A stretch of 64,000 bases of DNA, from the NCBI RefSeq assembly GCF_963921235.1, contig NC_086107.1, forward strand, positions 96,970,001 through 97,034,000. The letters are read 5' to 3'. Shown here piece by piece: positions 39,300 to 51,330 of the stretch. A program made the translations under genes and the position numbers. Under the pieces are notes generated by a model. It was not told the DNA's origin. It saw nothing but the letters and a program-made list of their open reading frames with translations, and made no database searches. This DNA is from Mobula hypostoma (taxonomy: Eukaryota). Each line of letters begins with the position of its first letter. Positions within the stretch are counted from its first letter, which is position 1.

Positions 39300-40992
39300 T
39301 AATAATAATAATACTTTATTGATCCCAAGTGAGAAATTCTTTCATTACAGCAGCAGCACTTAAAAACACACTTAGCAATGTACAGACTTAACTAATAATA
39401 AATACAGAATAATAATAGTGTAAAAATGGTAATACTTGTAATATAAAAATAGTGTACTGATGTGCATGCAGTACTGTGCAGTAATAATGTACAAAATAAT
39501 AAAATAGAGACTATTGTACTATGATGTGTGCTCTTCTGTCACACAGAGATGACCTGTTGTGTATACTTATTGCATTTGGTAGGAAAGATTTCTGTAACGA
39601 TCCTTGTGACGGTGGGGCTGAATGAAAGGGTGCTCCACTGCTCATTCAGTAGCTCATGGAGCGGATGTGCTGGATTGTCCATAACAGTTTGTTTAGTGAC
39701 CTCCTCTCCGCTACTAACTCAAAACAGTCTGGGTTGTAACCAAGAACAAATCCAGCCTTTTTGATGAGTTTATTTAATCTTTTTGCATCACGAGCACAGA
39801 TGCTGCTCCTCCAGAATAAAGCTGCAAAGAAGACTGCACTCACTACAACGGACTGGTAAAAGATCTCCAGCATCCTGCTGCACATATTGAAGAATCTCAG
39901 CTTCCTTAGAAAATAGACTCTACTCATTCCCTTCTTGTAAACAGCCTTGGTGTTAGTTTTCCAGTCAAGCCTGTTGTCGAGATGAACACCCAAGTATTTA
40001 TACTCCACAACTTCTTATCCCATAATGTATACAGGACTCGTCACAGTCCTCTTGTTCCTAAAATCAATCACCTTCTCCCTGCTTTTGGCCACATTCAGGA
40101 GCAGGTGATCCCTCCCACACCACTCCACAAACTTGTCCACCAGTCCCCTGTACTCCAACTTCCTCATCTCTGATACACCCAACCACCGCAGAGAACTTTG
40201 CAAGTTCTTTGCAACTTTGCAAGTGACCAGACTTAGAGTTGTACTGAAAGTCTGAGGTGTACGTGTGAACAGAAACAGAGACAGGACAGTCCCTTGTGGT
40301 GCTCCAGTGCCACTCACCACCATCTCAGACAGAGAACTACCCAGCCGTACAAACTGAGGTCTGTCTGTCAGGTAGTCAGTAATCCAGGAGATAGTGGATT
40401 TGTCTTCACTCATTCTTTGCAGCTCCTCACTCAGAAGAAGTGGCTGGATTGTACTGAAGGCACAAGACAAACCAAAAAATGTGATTCTCACAAAGCCACC
40501 GGCATCTTCCAGGTGGGAGTTGGTAGGCAAACTGTAGAGGGTCCAATGAAGATCTCACATCCAGTCCAAGGTAAGTTAGGACCAGCCTGTCCAGCATCTT
40601 CATCACATGAGATGTAGGGGCAATTGGTTGCTAGTCATTAAGTTCAGATGGCATCTTGGGTACTGGAACCGAGCAGAAAGTCTTCCATAACACTGTTATC
40701 TTTTCCTGACTCAGACTCCGATTGTAAAGGTGCTGCAAAATACCAGGCAGCTGGCTCGCACAGGCCTTCAGTACCCTGGGGCTAATGCCACCCCGTCCAG
40801 CAGCCCTGCCGTGATGTAGTCTCTCCAGCTGTCTCTTACCCTGACCTGCAGTCTCAGTCAGGCAGGGGGAGGGTGGCCATCCCCATGGAGGCAGGATACT
40901 CCAAAGTTGGGGGCGGTATGGAACACAAGCACTCACCAGAGGAGAGTGGGGAGCGAGAAGGCTATGGGAGCAGGGAGGGTGTGTAGTCTGGG
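39300..40992 (-). mobile_element. Rex1/Babar-like LINE (RT and 3' end), interrupted by the Gypsy element and resuming at 45518-45575
   Basis: Minus-strand fragments ISPRVLKACASQL, FSTIQPLLL, GAPQGTVLS and YKYLGVHLDNRLDW. (aat)n tail near 39295. LFFNRFSMRPP continues beyond the 3' LTR. Confidence 0.85.
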
Positions 40993-41221
40993 TGTGGTAA
41001 ACCATGTATATATGTTGTAACTCGGTTACCTGTCTGGACACACCCCTCTGCTGACTGCCCCTGTGGCTCCTCCCACAGAATCCTGTATAAAGCAGTTCGC
41101 CTTGCCCCTCCCCCTCAGTCTGGGGGCAGACACTCACTGTGGAGGTCGTATTGTACAGTGAATAAAAGCCTTTCAGTATTTTACCAAACCTCAGTCTTTT
41201 GGAGTAATTGAAGGTGCTTCA
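40993..41221 (+). repeat. 5' LTR
   Basis: tgtggtaaacc...gaaggtgcttca with TATAAA at 41086 and AATAAA at 41161. Six substitutions versus the 3' LTR by manual comparison. Confidence 0.95.
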
Positions 41222-41246
41222 ATTTTAACGCTGTACGTTTTAAAAC

Positions 41247-44200
41247 ATGGAATAGGCCCTGAGACCAGAAAAATTAGACCTCAATCCGCAAACACCTGAA
41301 GCTGGAAATGCTTTCGAACTCTGGCTGGCCTGCTTCGAAGCGTATCTAGAGGAGATTAAAGCGACCGACCCCGTAATGAAGCGCAGAGTTCTACTCTCCA
41401 GGGTCAGTCCACGGGTCTATTCGCTGATCAGAGACCAGCCGAACTACGACGGCACAATAAATGCACTCAAAAGACAATACCTGCGGCCGATAAACAGCAT
41501 CTATGCTCGGCCTCGTTTAGCGACACGGCAACAACGCCCCGGGAAATCGAGTGCTGAGTTCGTCCAGGCCCTACAGACGCTCGTGCGAGCCTGCAATTGC
41601 CAGGAGCTGACGGTGGCGCAGCATGCAGAACTCCTAGTGAGAGACGCCTTCGTCACGGGGACCAGGTCAGTGTACGTACGCCAGCGGCTGCTGGAAAAAG
41701 CCGATCTTACCCTAAATTTGGCGATGGAGCTGGCTGATATGTTGGAGGCCGCTCTGCATAACTCCAAGGCTCTCCAGGCACGCGATCCCCCGATGGCCTT
41801 GTGGGTGCCACAGACCCTGCAACCTGCTGGCAAATCGACCTCGGCTGCCGCCAGTCGTGAGTCTGCGAGGTGCTACTTCTGCGGACTGGAGAAGCACCCC
41901 CGGAAACGCTGCCTGGCCCGACAAGCTACCTGCTCCAGCTGCAGAAAGAAGGGCCACTTCGCCAAGGTCTGTAAGTCAAAACCGCGAGCGAGATCGAGCA
42001 GCGCCGTGTGCGAGATGTGGGGGTCGCCATCTTCCCTGCACACTGCCACCACGTGCGAGACATGGGGGCCGCCATCTTCCCTGCACGCCGCCACCACGTG
42101 CGAGACATGGGGGCCGCCATCTTCCCTGCCGCCATCTTTCCTGCACGCCACCACCACGTGCGAGACATGGGGATGGCCATCTTGGTTGGCGCCACCTCCC
42201 ACCGCCTACGACCAATGGGTGCTCACGGGGCACCCCACCACGCCGGACCAAGACAGCGACCCCACCCTGGCTTCCGTGACCCTCGACCAAAGCGCTCCCC
42301 ACCAGCTCGCAAGGTCAATGATGGACATCCTGGTGGAGGGGCACAGGACAAGCTGTCTGTTTGACACAGGCAGCACGGAGAGTTTTATCCACCCGGCCAC
42401 GTTGCAGCATTGTGGACTCATGATACGGCCGGTAAGTCGGAGGGTCACCATGGCCTCCAGGTCGCATACAACAGACATCCGGGGGGGTTGTGTAGCGACA
42501 CTATTGGTGCAGGGCACAGAATATCGGGACTTTACGTTACTGGTCTTGCCTCAACTGTGTGCCCCTGTGCTGTTGGGGTTGGACTTCCAGAGCCACCTGA
42601 AAAGTGTGACAATGAAGTATGATGGGCCCCTCCCGCCAATTACTGTCATAAATCCCCTGTTTTGTAGAGATATGTCACGTACCCCGCTACTGACCACACA
42701 CACACACCGACCCGCGCATCCCACCCAACATCATGCCAACTGCCACACTACCGACACCACTTGCGGCCTCTCCACCCTCAGGATCCCTCCCCCACCGCTG
42801 TTCGCCAACCTGACCCCCGACTGTAAACCTGTGGCAACGAAAAGCAGGAGGTACAGCACGGGGGACAGAGCTTTCATTAAGTCGGAGGTGCAGCGGCTGC
42901 TCAGGGAGGGGGTCATTGAGGCAAGCACAAGTCCTTGGAGGGCGCAGGTGGTGGTTGTTCGGAACGGGGAGAAGAATAGGATGATCGTGGACTATAGCCA
43001 GACCATCAATAGGTTCACGCAGCTCGACGTGTACCCTCTACCTCGCATCGCGGATATCGTTAATCAGATAGCACAGTACAAGATGTACTCGACCATAGAC
43101 CTAAAATCCGCTTACCATCAGCTCCCCATCCGCCGGGAGGACCACCCTTACACTGCCTTCGAGGCAGACGGCAGGCTTTATCAATTCCTGCGCGTCCCCT
43201 TTGGTGTCACGAATGGTGTATCTGTCTTCCAGAGGGCAATGGACCAGTGCCAACTGAAGGCCACGTTCCCATATCTGGATAACATCACCATCTGCGGTCA
43301 CGACCAGCAGGATCACGACAACAACCTCCAAAAATTTCTCCAAGCGGCCAAATCTTTCAACCTCACCTATAACAAGGACAAGTGTGTATTTGGGACCACC
43401 CGACTTGCTATCCTTGGGTGTGTCGTGGAGAATGGAGTCATTGGCCCTGACCCCGACCGTATGCGCCCCTTGTTGGAACTCCCTCTTCCCAATACCCTCA
43501 GAGCCCTCAAAAGGTGCCTGGGCTTCTTTTCATATTACGCCCAATGGGTCTCTAACTATGCAGACAAGGCCCGCCCCCGGTCAAGTCCACCACATTCCCC
43601 CTCTCTGCCGAGGCCCACGCGGCCTTCAACCGCATAAAAGGGGACATTGCCAAAGCAGCAATGCATGCGGTGGATGAGGCCATTCCCTTCCAAGTAGAGA
43701 GTGACGCCTCCGACTTTGCGCTGGCTGCTACCCTCAACCAGGCAGGAAGACCAGTGGCGTTCTTCTCCCATACCCTTCAAGGCCCGGAAATTCGGCACTC
43801 TGCGGTAGAGAAAGAGGCCCAGGCCATAGTGGAAGCTATAAGGCACTGGAGGCACTATCTTGCCGGCAAAAGGTTCACCCTACTAACTGACCAGCGCTCA
43901 GTTGCATTCATGTTTAATAATCAGCAGCGGAGCAAAATCAAAAATGATAAAATTCTGAGGTGGAGAATCGAACTCTCCACCTACAACTATGACATCATGT
44001 ACAGGCCTGGGAAGCTCAATGAGCCCTCTGATGCCCTATCCCGGGGAACATGCGCCAGTGCGCAGATCGACCGGCTATAGGCCCCACATGTAGACCTTTG
44101 CCACCCGGGAGTCACCCGGCTTTTCCACTTCGTGAAAGCCCGGAACCTGCCTTACTCCCTTGAGGAGATCAGGATGATGACCAGGGACTGCCAAGTCTGC

Positions 44201-45213
44201 GCAGAGTGCAAACCGCACTTCTACCGACCCGAAAAGGCACAACTAATCAAGGCCACCCGCCCCTTTGAGCAACTGAGTGTTGACTTTAAGGGCCCCCTTC
44301 CCTCCACCGACCGCAATGTGTACTTTCTTAACGTAATTGACGAGTACTCGCGGTTCCCCTTCGCCATCCCCTGCCCCGACAACACTACCATGTCAGTTAT
44401 AAAAGCCCTGCACAAGCTCTTCACTCTGTTCGGATACCCATGCTATATCCACAGTGACAGAGGGTCCTCGTTTATGAGTGACGAGCTGCGCCAATATCTA
44501 CTGGCTAGGGGAATTGCAACCAGTAGGACCAGAGCTATAATCCCCGGGGGAATGGACAGGTAGAGAAGCAGAATGGCACAGTGTGGAAAGCCACACTCTT
44601 AGCCCTCAGGTCAAAGGGACTGCCGGTCTCCCGCTGGCAGGAGGTCCTTCCTGAGGCACTCCACTCCATCCGCTCCCTGTTATGCACAGCCACCAATGCC
44701 ACCCCTCATGAGCGGCTCTTTTCTTTTCCCAGAAAATCGACCACTGGAACTACCCTACCATCTTGGCTGACGTCCCCGGGGCCAGTGCTGCTCCGGAAAC
44801 ATGCGAGGAGCAATAAATACTCCCTGATAGTCGAGAGGCTTCCCTTACTTCATGCGAACCCCCAGTATGCCTATGTGATTTTACCTGATGGGCGGGAGGA
44901 CACGGTCTCCATCCGCGACCTGGCGCCCGCAGGAGCTCCGGGCCCCTACCCTGAACACTCCGTGGTGACTATTGACCCCGTACCCACTAATGTATGTACC
45001 TACGAGACACCGTGCACCCCAAACCCTATACAGACACCACACGACACTCCCATAACGGGCGCGACGCACACGCACGAGGGATTACCGACGCCTAACGTGC
45101 TGGCACCTGAAGTCAGGCCGGAGCGAGCACAACCGCCATCGCCGGTGCAATCACCGCCGGTGCTACGTCGATCACAGCGACGGACTCGACCGCCTGATAG
45201 ACTTGACCTGTAA
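41247..45213 (+). pseudogene. Gypsy gag-pol polyprotein, disrupted
   Basis: ATG at 41247 (ME*ALRPEKLD..., stop at codon 3) is in frame with ORF 41376-43637. Motifs: two zinc knuckles (CYFCGLEKHPRKRC, CSSCRKKGHFAKVC), protease FDTGS, RT (PFGVTNG, YLDN), RNase H (ESDASD, EKEA), integrase (HPG..CQVC, VDFKGP, HSDRG, NGQVEK). Frameshifts near 43570 and 44530, stop at 44078-44080. Confidence 0.93.
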
Positions 45214-45283
45214 ATATACTTCTTGTAAATATTGTCAGTTACTTCACCCCGCGGGACTCTTTTTTAAAAAAAGGAGGGGTGAA

Positions 45284-45512
45284 TGTGGTAAACCATGTAT
45301 ATATGTTGTAACTCGGTTACCTGTCTGGACACACCCCTCTGCTGACTGCCCCTGTGGCTCCTCCCACAGAGTCCTGTATAAAGGTGTTCGCCTTGCCCCT
45401 CCCCCTCAGTCCGGGGGCAGACACTCACTGTGGAGGTCGTGTTGTACAGCGAATAAAAGCCTTTCAGTATTTTACCAAACCTCAGTCTTTTGGAGTAATT
45501 GAAGGTGCTTCA
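45284..45512 (+). repeat. 3' LTR
   Basis: Direct repeat of 40993-41221, immediately after the PPT aaaaaaaggaggggtgaa and followed by the TSD ctggg. Confidence 0.95.
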
Positions 45513-45699
45513 CTGGGCATGTGGGGGAGGGCACAGCAGGAGGTCTCATGCTGAACCTGTTAAAAAACAACCATCACTCACATATGGCATGATTTTTTTT
45601 GCAGCAGCAATACAGTGCAATACATAAAATTACTAAAGTACTGTGCAAAAGTCTTTGGAACCCTTGCTATATATATATATATATATGTGATCTTTGGAG

Positions 45700-46040
45700 A
45701 TTGAGGGGGCGACCTCATAGAAGAGTTTAAAAATTGTAAGAGGCCTAGATAAGGTAGATGGTAATAAGCTTTTTCTCAGGGGAGGGGTGTCCAAAACAAA
45801 GGGGCAAAGGTTCAGGATGAGAGGGGAAAGATTTAAAAAGGAATTGAGGGACAACTTTTTCACACAGAGGGTGGTGAGTATGTGCCAGAAGAAGTAGCTG
45901 AGGCAGGTGAAGTGGTATTGTTTAAGAAGACTTGCACAGGTACATGGAGGGATATGGCTGAAAGCAGGAATTGGGACTAGATTGGTGGGCGCTGTGGTTG
46001 TCAGGGACTGGTTGGACTGAAGAGCCTGCATGACTCTATG
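45700..46040 (+). mobile_element. CR1 3' fragment
   Basis: gagattgagggggcgacctcatagaag...tttttcacacagagggtggtg, the CR1 ORF2 end and 3' UTR. Confidence 0.75.
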
Positions 46041-46697
46041 CTGGGATAGAACTCCTGCAGGTAGAGTCTCTAATCATCCACCCCCCGCCCCACCTCCCCA
46101 CCTCCCCACCTCACGTCTCTCGTCCTCTCCATCCTGCTGCTGACACCAGAAAGCTCTGTACCCAACCCGTCCAATATCCCGTTATGATGCCTAGATGGTC
46201 CTGACTCCACTGATGTCCTGCCTCTCCAGGAACCTGGCTCTGACTCTCAAGGTCCCCAGTGGAAGCCTCGATCTACACTCCCATCCCTGACCTCTTTGCA
46301 CCTTACTGTCTACCTGCACTGCACTTTTTCTGTAACATGAACACTATTTTCCGTATTTCGTTATTACTTTTTCTTTTGTACTTCCTCAATGTACTTGTTT
46401 GTGGAACGAGCAGAATGAATGACATGCAAAGTATTCTTCACTGCATTAATAATAAGTCAATTACTAATTACCATGATAGACCTGAATTCTATCCAGCCAC
46501 CACACCTTCAGTTCACAATCCCCAGCACCAATTGATCTTAATTCAAATGACAAATTGAACAAACATCTGTTGCCATCTATGAGGAGACCGGTCTATCTTT
46601 GTCTTAGTCTTCGTGTGGTAAGACCTTTCTTAATTCCTCCCTGCTCTGACTCCACCCAATTGATCCAGAGTCCGCAACCAACAAACGTTTGTTTATT

Positions 46698-47075
46698 CTT
46701 CTCTCTCTCTCTCTTCTCATTCTCTCCTCCTCTCTCTCATCTCTCCCCCTTTCTCTCCTCATTCTCTCCTATCCTCTCTTCCTCTCTCTCATCTCTCCCC
46801 TCTCTCTCATCTCTCCTCTCTCTCCTCTCTGTCTCTCTTGTCTCTTATCTCTCCTCTCTCTCTTCTCATTCTCTCCTATCTTCTCCTCCTCCTTTCTCAT
46901 CTCTCCCCTCTCGATCTCTTTTCTCACCTCTCTCATCTCTTCCCTCTCCCTCTCCTCTCTCTTATCTCTCCCCTTTCTCTCTCCTTTCTCACCTCTCTCA
47001 TCTCTTCCCTCTCCCTCTCCTCTCTTTCATCTCTCCCCTCTCTCTGTCCCTCTCCTCTCTCCTTTCCTCTCTCCA
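46698..47075. repeat. CT-rich polypyrimidine low-complexity tract
   Basis: Direct inspection. It explains the Ser/Leu/Pro-rich spurious ORFs here. Confidence 0.95.
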
Positions 47076-48529
47076 CCCATCTATTCCTTCCTCAGTGAAA
47101 TCCCATCTCATATTTTCGATATTTATTGCTTATTTATTCATTATTATTTCTTCCTCTTGTATTTGCACAGTTTGTTGTCTTTAGTGCTGTGGTTGAATGC
47201 TCAAGTTGAGTAGTTTTTCTTTAATCCTGTTATGGTTATTATTCAATAGAATTACTGAGTATGCCCACAAGAAAATGAATCTCAGGGTTGTATATGGTGA
47301 CATTTATGTACTTTGATAGTAAATTTACTTTGAACTTTGAACTCCCCCTCTATATTATATGGAATACAGGTCAGATTTATGTCAGAAACCTTCATAATTT
47401 AACCCTTGGGGGTCCAAATCCCTCACAGCACCCTGGTGTGATGTACACAATTGTGCAAATCTCACCTTTTGCTTCCAGCCTTTCCATTGCAAGGGGCAAC
47501 ATTCCACTAACCTCCACCAGTATTTCCTGATCCCACTACATTTCTGTTATCTATTTTACATGGGTCCACAATCTCTTTGGATCTCTGCTCCATTGTCCTT
47601 TGTTACTACCTGAGATTTGCTCATATCTACCTCTTGGTTCTGTACAGCTGTCTTCACACTTATCTCACGTTAGGGATCCTCTTTGCAATTTCGTGCTCCT
47701 GTCCACACTACTGATAATGCCAGCAGTCATTACATCACAGGCAAACATGTCCTGTTGCTGTTTACTCTGCCACCGGGTTACCTAAGAGGTTCTGGTTGCG
47801 CAGTTACGTACCCTGGCTGGATATTAATAATCTCTGCATTTAGCCAAAGGAGCTCTCTGACCATAGCATCTTTGGATCCGCAGGCACAATGCAAGTGTGT
47901 CAGAAGTAATGAGAGATCACTAGTTGTAATGCAGAAGACCATGCAGCCCATCAAGTCAGTGCTAGCCCCAAGGACAGCAATCCTGCCAATCCCATTCCAT
48001 GGCACTTTCCCCATTGCTTCGTAAATTATTCTCTTTCAGCGCCTATCCTTTGTGATGTGGTGAATTCCAGATCATAGCTGCTCTCTGATTAATAACATTT
48101 TTCTTCACACCTCTCATACTTTTTACCTGTAATCTTCAGCCATGCCCCTTGGGTTCTTGAACACCCTACTAATGAGAACAGATTCACTTGATCCACTCCT
48201 CCAGGCAAGGTCCTGTTCACTTCTTTCTTGTCTCTTCTCAACCCTCTTTGCTGCTGGGAGACAAACCCAGCTATTGCAGTCTGATCTTGTAGCCAAATCC
48301 CTTCAACCGTGCAACACATCCATTCCCTTTTGCCTAACCAACCTCCTAAGCAGCTCAATCATTTTCTTACAGTCCATCTGAAGGATAATACTTTATTTAG
48401 ATATGAAGGTTAAGGTCAACAAAAATAAACAATCTCATTAGGAATTCATTTTTTTCCTCAAGAAACCAAAAGTTACAATTGTAAAAATGCAAAAATCTAA
48501 TTTCACATATTGCAGGTAGAGTTGAGGCT

Positions 48530-49070
48530 CTCCGTTAGTCGGGGTTGGAGATGGATGCTGATTGCAACTGTCTACGTGATATACAAGCCAGAGCAGGACA
48601 AAACGGAGAGCAAGCTGTTGACCATGTAACAGGCTCCCCCTCTTCACACAGCTGATGAACCCAAAGGAATGGCTAGACCAGTACAGTTTGACACCAGTCA
48701 GCGCTGAGCTCAACGTAGGACTGCCTTAGTGACTCCAGCAGAGTTTTCCTCACGGTTTACTCCCAAAAGCCTTCCCCTTGAGTGTGTATAGCCGCAAGGC
48801 AGCGGAGGTTTGAGATCAGAGTGTTCCTTCTCCTAGGTGAGCTGCCAACCATGGCTGGTGAGCCCCATTTGCCCGAAGGTGCTAATAACCCACCTTTGTC
48901 CCTTCTCCTGTCAGTAGAAATGGTTCTACCAGGCTTAGAAGCTAAGTGACACATGAAGGCCAGGAGGTGGTAGTCAGAGGTTATTTGAGGCACACACCAT
49001 TTGGGGACATTTTATAGGTAGTGGGAACTTATCCCCCATACCACCCCCAGCTATAACAACCTTAAGGAAC
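48530..49070 (-). mobile_element. Second copy of the 36100-36685 repeat
   Basis: Colinear similarity to 36100-36685. Confidence 0.75.
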
Positions 49071-49189
49071 AAGACACAGGTACACATATATTTCAATGAA
49101 ATATTTTCTTTTATTCTTTAAAATCTAGAACAGTTTCATTATAATCCACCATCATCCCCATCTCCTCTACTTCCCACACATCTGCCCTC

Positions 49190-50232
49190 ACCTCATCCTC
49201 CCATCAACATAACAGCGATAGGGTTCCCCTTGTCCTTATCTACAACCCCATGAGCCTTCATATCCAGCACATCATTCTCTGTGAGTTCCGCCATCTCCAA
49301 TGGAATCCTACCACTAAGCACACTCCACCCCCTTCCACTCCGTTTTCTGTAGGAACCACTCTCTACGTGACTCCCTTGTCCCTCCCCACTGATCTCCCTA
49401 CTGGCACTCATCCTGCAAGCAGGACAAGCAGTATGCCTGCCCCCTACATCTCCTCTCTCACCGCGGTTCTGGGCCCGAAACCATCTGTCCAGGTGAGACG
49501 ACACTTCACCTGCGAACCTGTCAGGGTCATCTATTGTATCTGATGCTCCCGTTATGGCCTCTGCACCAGAGAGACCTGACGCGGACTGGGGAAACGCTTT
49601 GTCAGTCCACTGCAATTGCTGGATCTCCTGGTGGCAACCAGTTTCGATTTGACTTCTCATTTCCATTCCAACATGTCTACCCATGGCCTCCTCTTCTTCC
49701 AGGATGAGGCTAAACTCAAGTTGGAGGAGCAACACTGGGTATTCCACCTGGGTAGCCTTCAACTTGATGGTTTGAACATCAATCTCTCTAACCTTTGGTA
49801 ATTTCTTCCCCCACCCCTTCTCTTTTTCCATTCCCCAATCTGGTTACCCGCTCATCCCTTTTCTTCTCCTCACCTGCCCATCATCTACTTCTGTTCTCTT
49901 ACTCCTTCCATTTCTTCCAAGGTCCACTGTCCTCTCCTATTGGATTCATTCTTCTTCAGTCTATCATCTCCCAGCTTCTTACCTTAATTCCCCCCTCCTC
50001 CACCCACCCACTTTCCACTTCACCTGGCGTCGTCTACCACCTGGCAGTTTGTACTCCTTCCTCTCCCTCCATCTTCTTATTCTGCCTTCTGCCTCTTTCC
50101 TTTCCAATCCTGTGGAAGGGTCTCGGCCCTGTTTATTCCCCTTCTTTGATGCTGAATGTCTTGCTGAGTTCCTCTGCAATTTTGTGTGTGTGTGGCTTAA
50201 GTTTTCCAGCAACTGCAGAATCTCTTGCATTT
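49190..50232 (+). mobile_element. Penelope-like element 3' portion: degenerate GIY-YIG endonuclease, pyrimidine-rich UTR and terminal pLTR-type repeat
   Basis: Reads HFTCEPVRVIYCI*CSRYGL..RET*RGLGKRF and KLEEQHWVFHLGSLQLDGLN, typical of the PLE GIY-YIG C-terminus. It ends (50100-50232) in the same repeat that is scattered through the window. Confidence 0.85.
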
Positions 50233-51099
50233 ATCATTATAATTTTAAACTTTCTTTTCAGAAGTAGTTCCTTTTATGCTTCCTTCATAGAAAGAGGTCT
50301 AAAATATGAATTGTGGAAATTCACCTGCTGCTCAGCGCACTATATATGCAACACTCCAATGTCACACAGCACCTCTGTAATGGATTCAAAGCCGAACACA
50401 CCACCCACATGATATTACGCATTTAGTGTATGCAACAGAAGACCAGTTTCTACCCAAGATAATACAATGAATATTAATTTGAAAATTAAGCAAAGTTGAT
50501 TTTGGGCAGCAAATGTTATGGTATGGAATTAGCTGGATATTCTACAGAGATTTAGCCAGGATCTTAGGCTTACAGTCAATATTTTCGCTCACATAAAGGA
50601 TTCAGACAAGCTTGCATGTTGTCCATGACTTTCTCTGCAACAGTACTTAATGTTAGCAAACAAGTTCTATTTCAACCAGGAACTCTTATTCAGAGATCTC
50701 TTCCCTCAAACTTAGTTCATGATATCGCGTTCAAGCATTTACCTGCTTTAAATGAAGTCTGTGTGTTTGTATTCTCTCTCCAAAATCATAGAAATAGTAA
50801 AAGATAACAAACTGGCTAAAAACAAACTTGCAGAATGTCATTTGTCAATGAAACAGTAAACTTTATTGTTCATTTCCTAACATATAGTATTAACAATGCA
50901 AGCAAAAAATCGCTTGTAAAATATATTGAAATCAATAGAGCCAGCACATCTTATTCATGACTACAACCTGTAGTTATATTTAGTATCTCCTGCATAGTAA
51001 AATTCCAAGTCACTTCATAGGAGTGATTATCAATTTGACTCCAAGCCAGATAGAAGGATATTGTGCTGATGATTTAAAAAAAACTTTGCCAAAATTGAA

Positions 51100-51330
51100 A
51101 AGGGGGAAAGAGAGAGAGAAGGAGAGAAGGAGGGGAGAGAAAAAAAAGAGAAAGAGAGGAGAAAGTGGCAGAGAGAGAAAGAGAGAGAGAGAGGGAGGGG
51201 GGAGGGAGACAGACAGAGAGATAGAGAAGTGAGAGAGAAAAAAGAGGCAGAGAGAGGAGGAAGTGGGAGAGAGAGTGAGAAGGAGAGAGAGGGAGGGAGG
51301 GAGACAGAGAGGGAGAGAAAGATGAGATAG
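51100..51330. repeat. GA-rich polypurine tract
   Basis: Direct inspection. Confidence 0.93.

Larger units (their letters stand above)
40993..45512 (+). mobile_element. Full-length Gypsy/Ty3 LTR retrotransposon, disabled by stops and frameshifts
   Basis: Two 229-bp TG...CA LTRs, 5-bp TSD CTGGG (40988-40992 and 45513-45517), polypurine tract at about 45266-45283, domain order gag-PR-RT-RH-IN. Confidence 0.97.

Noticed and set aside
42006..42185. Regularly spaced repeats as a CRISPR-like array
   Set aside because: The units are contiguous in-frame coding repeats without unique spacers, inside a eukaryotic retrotransposon.
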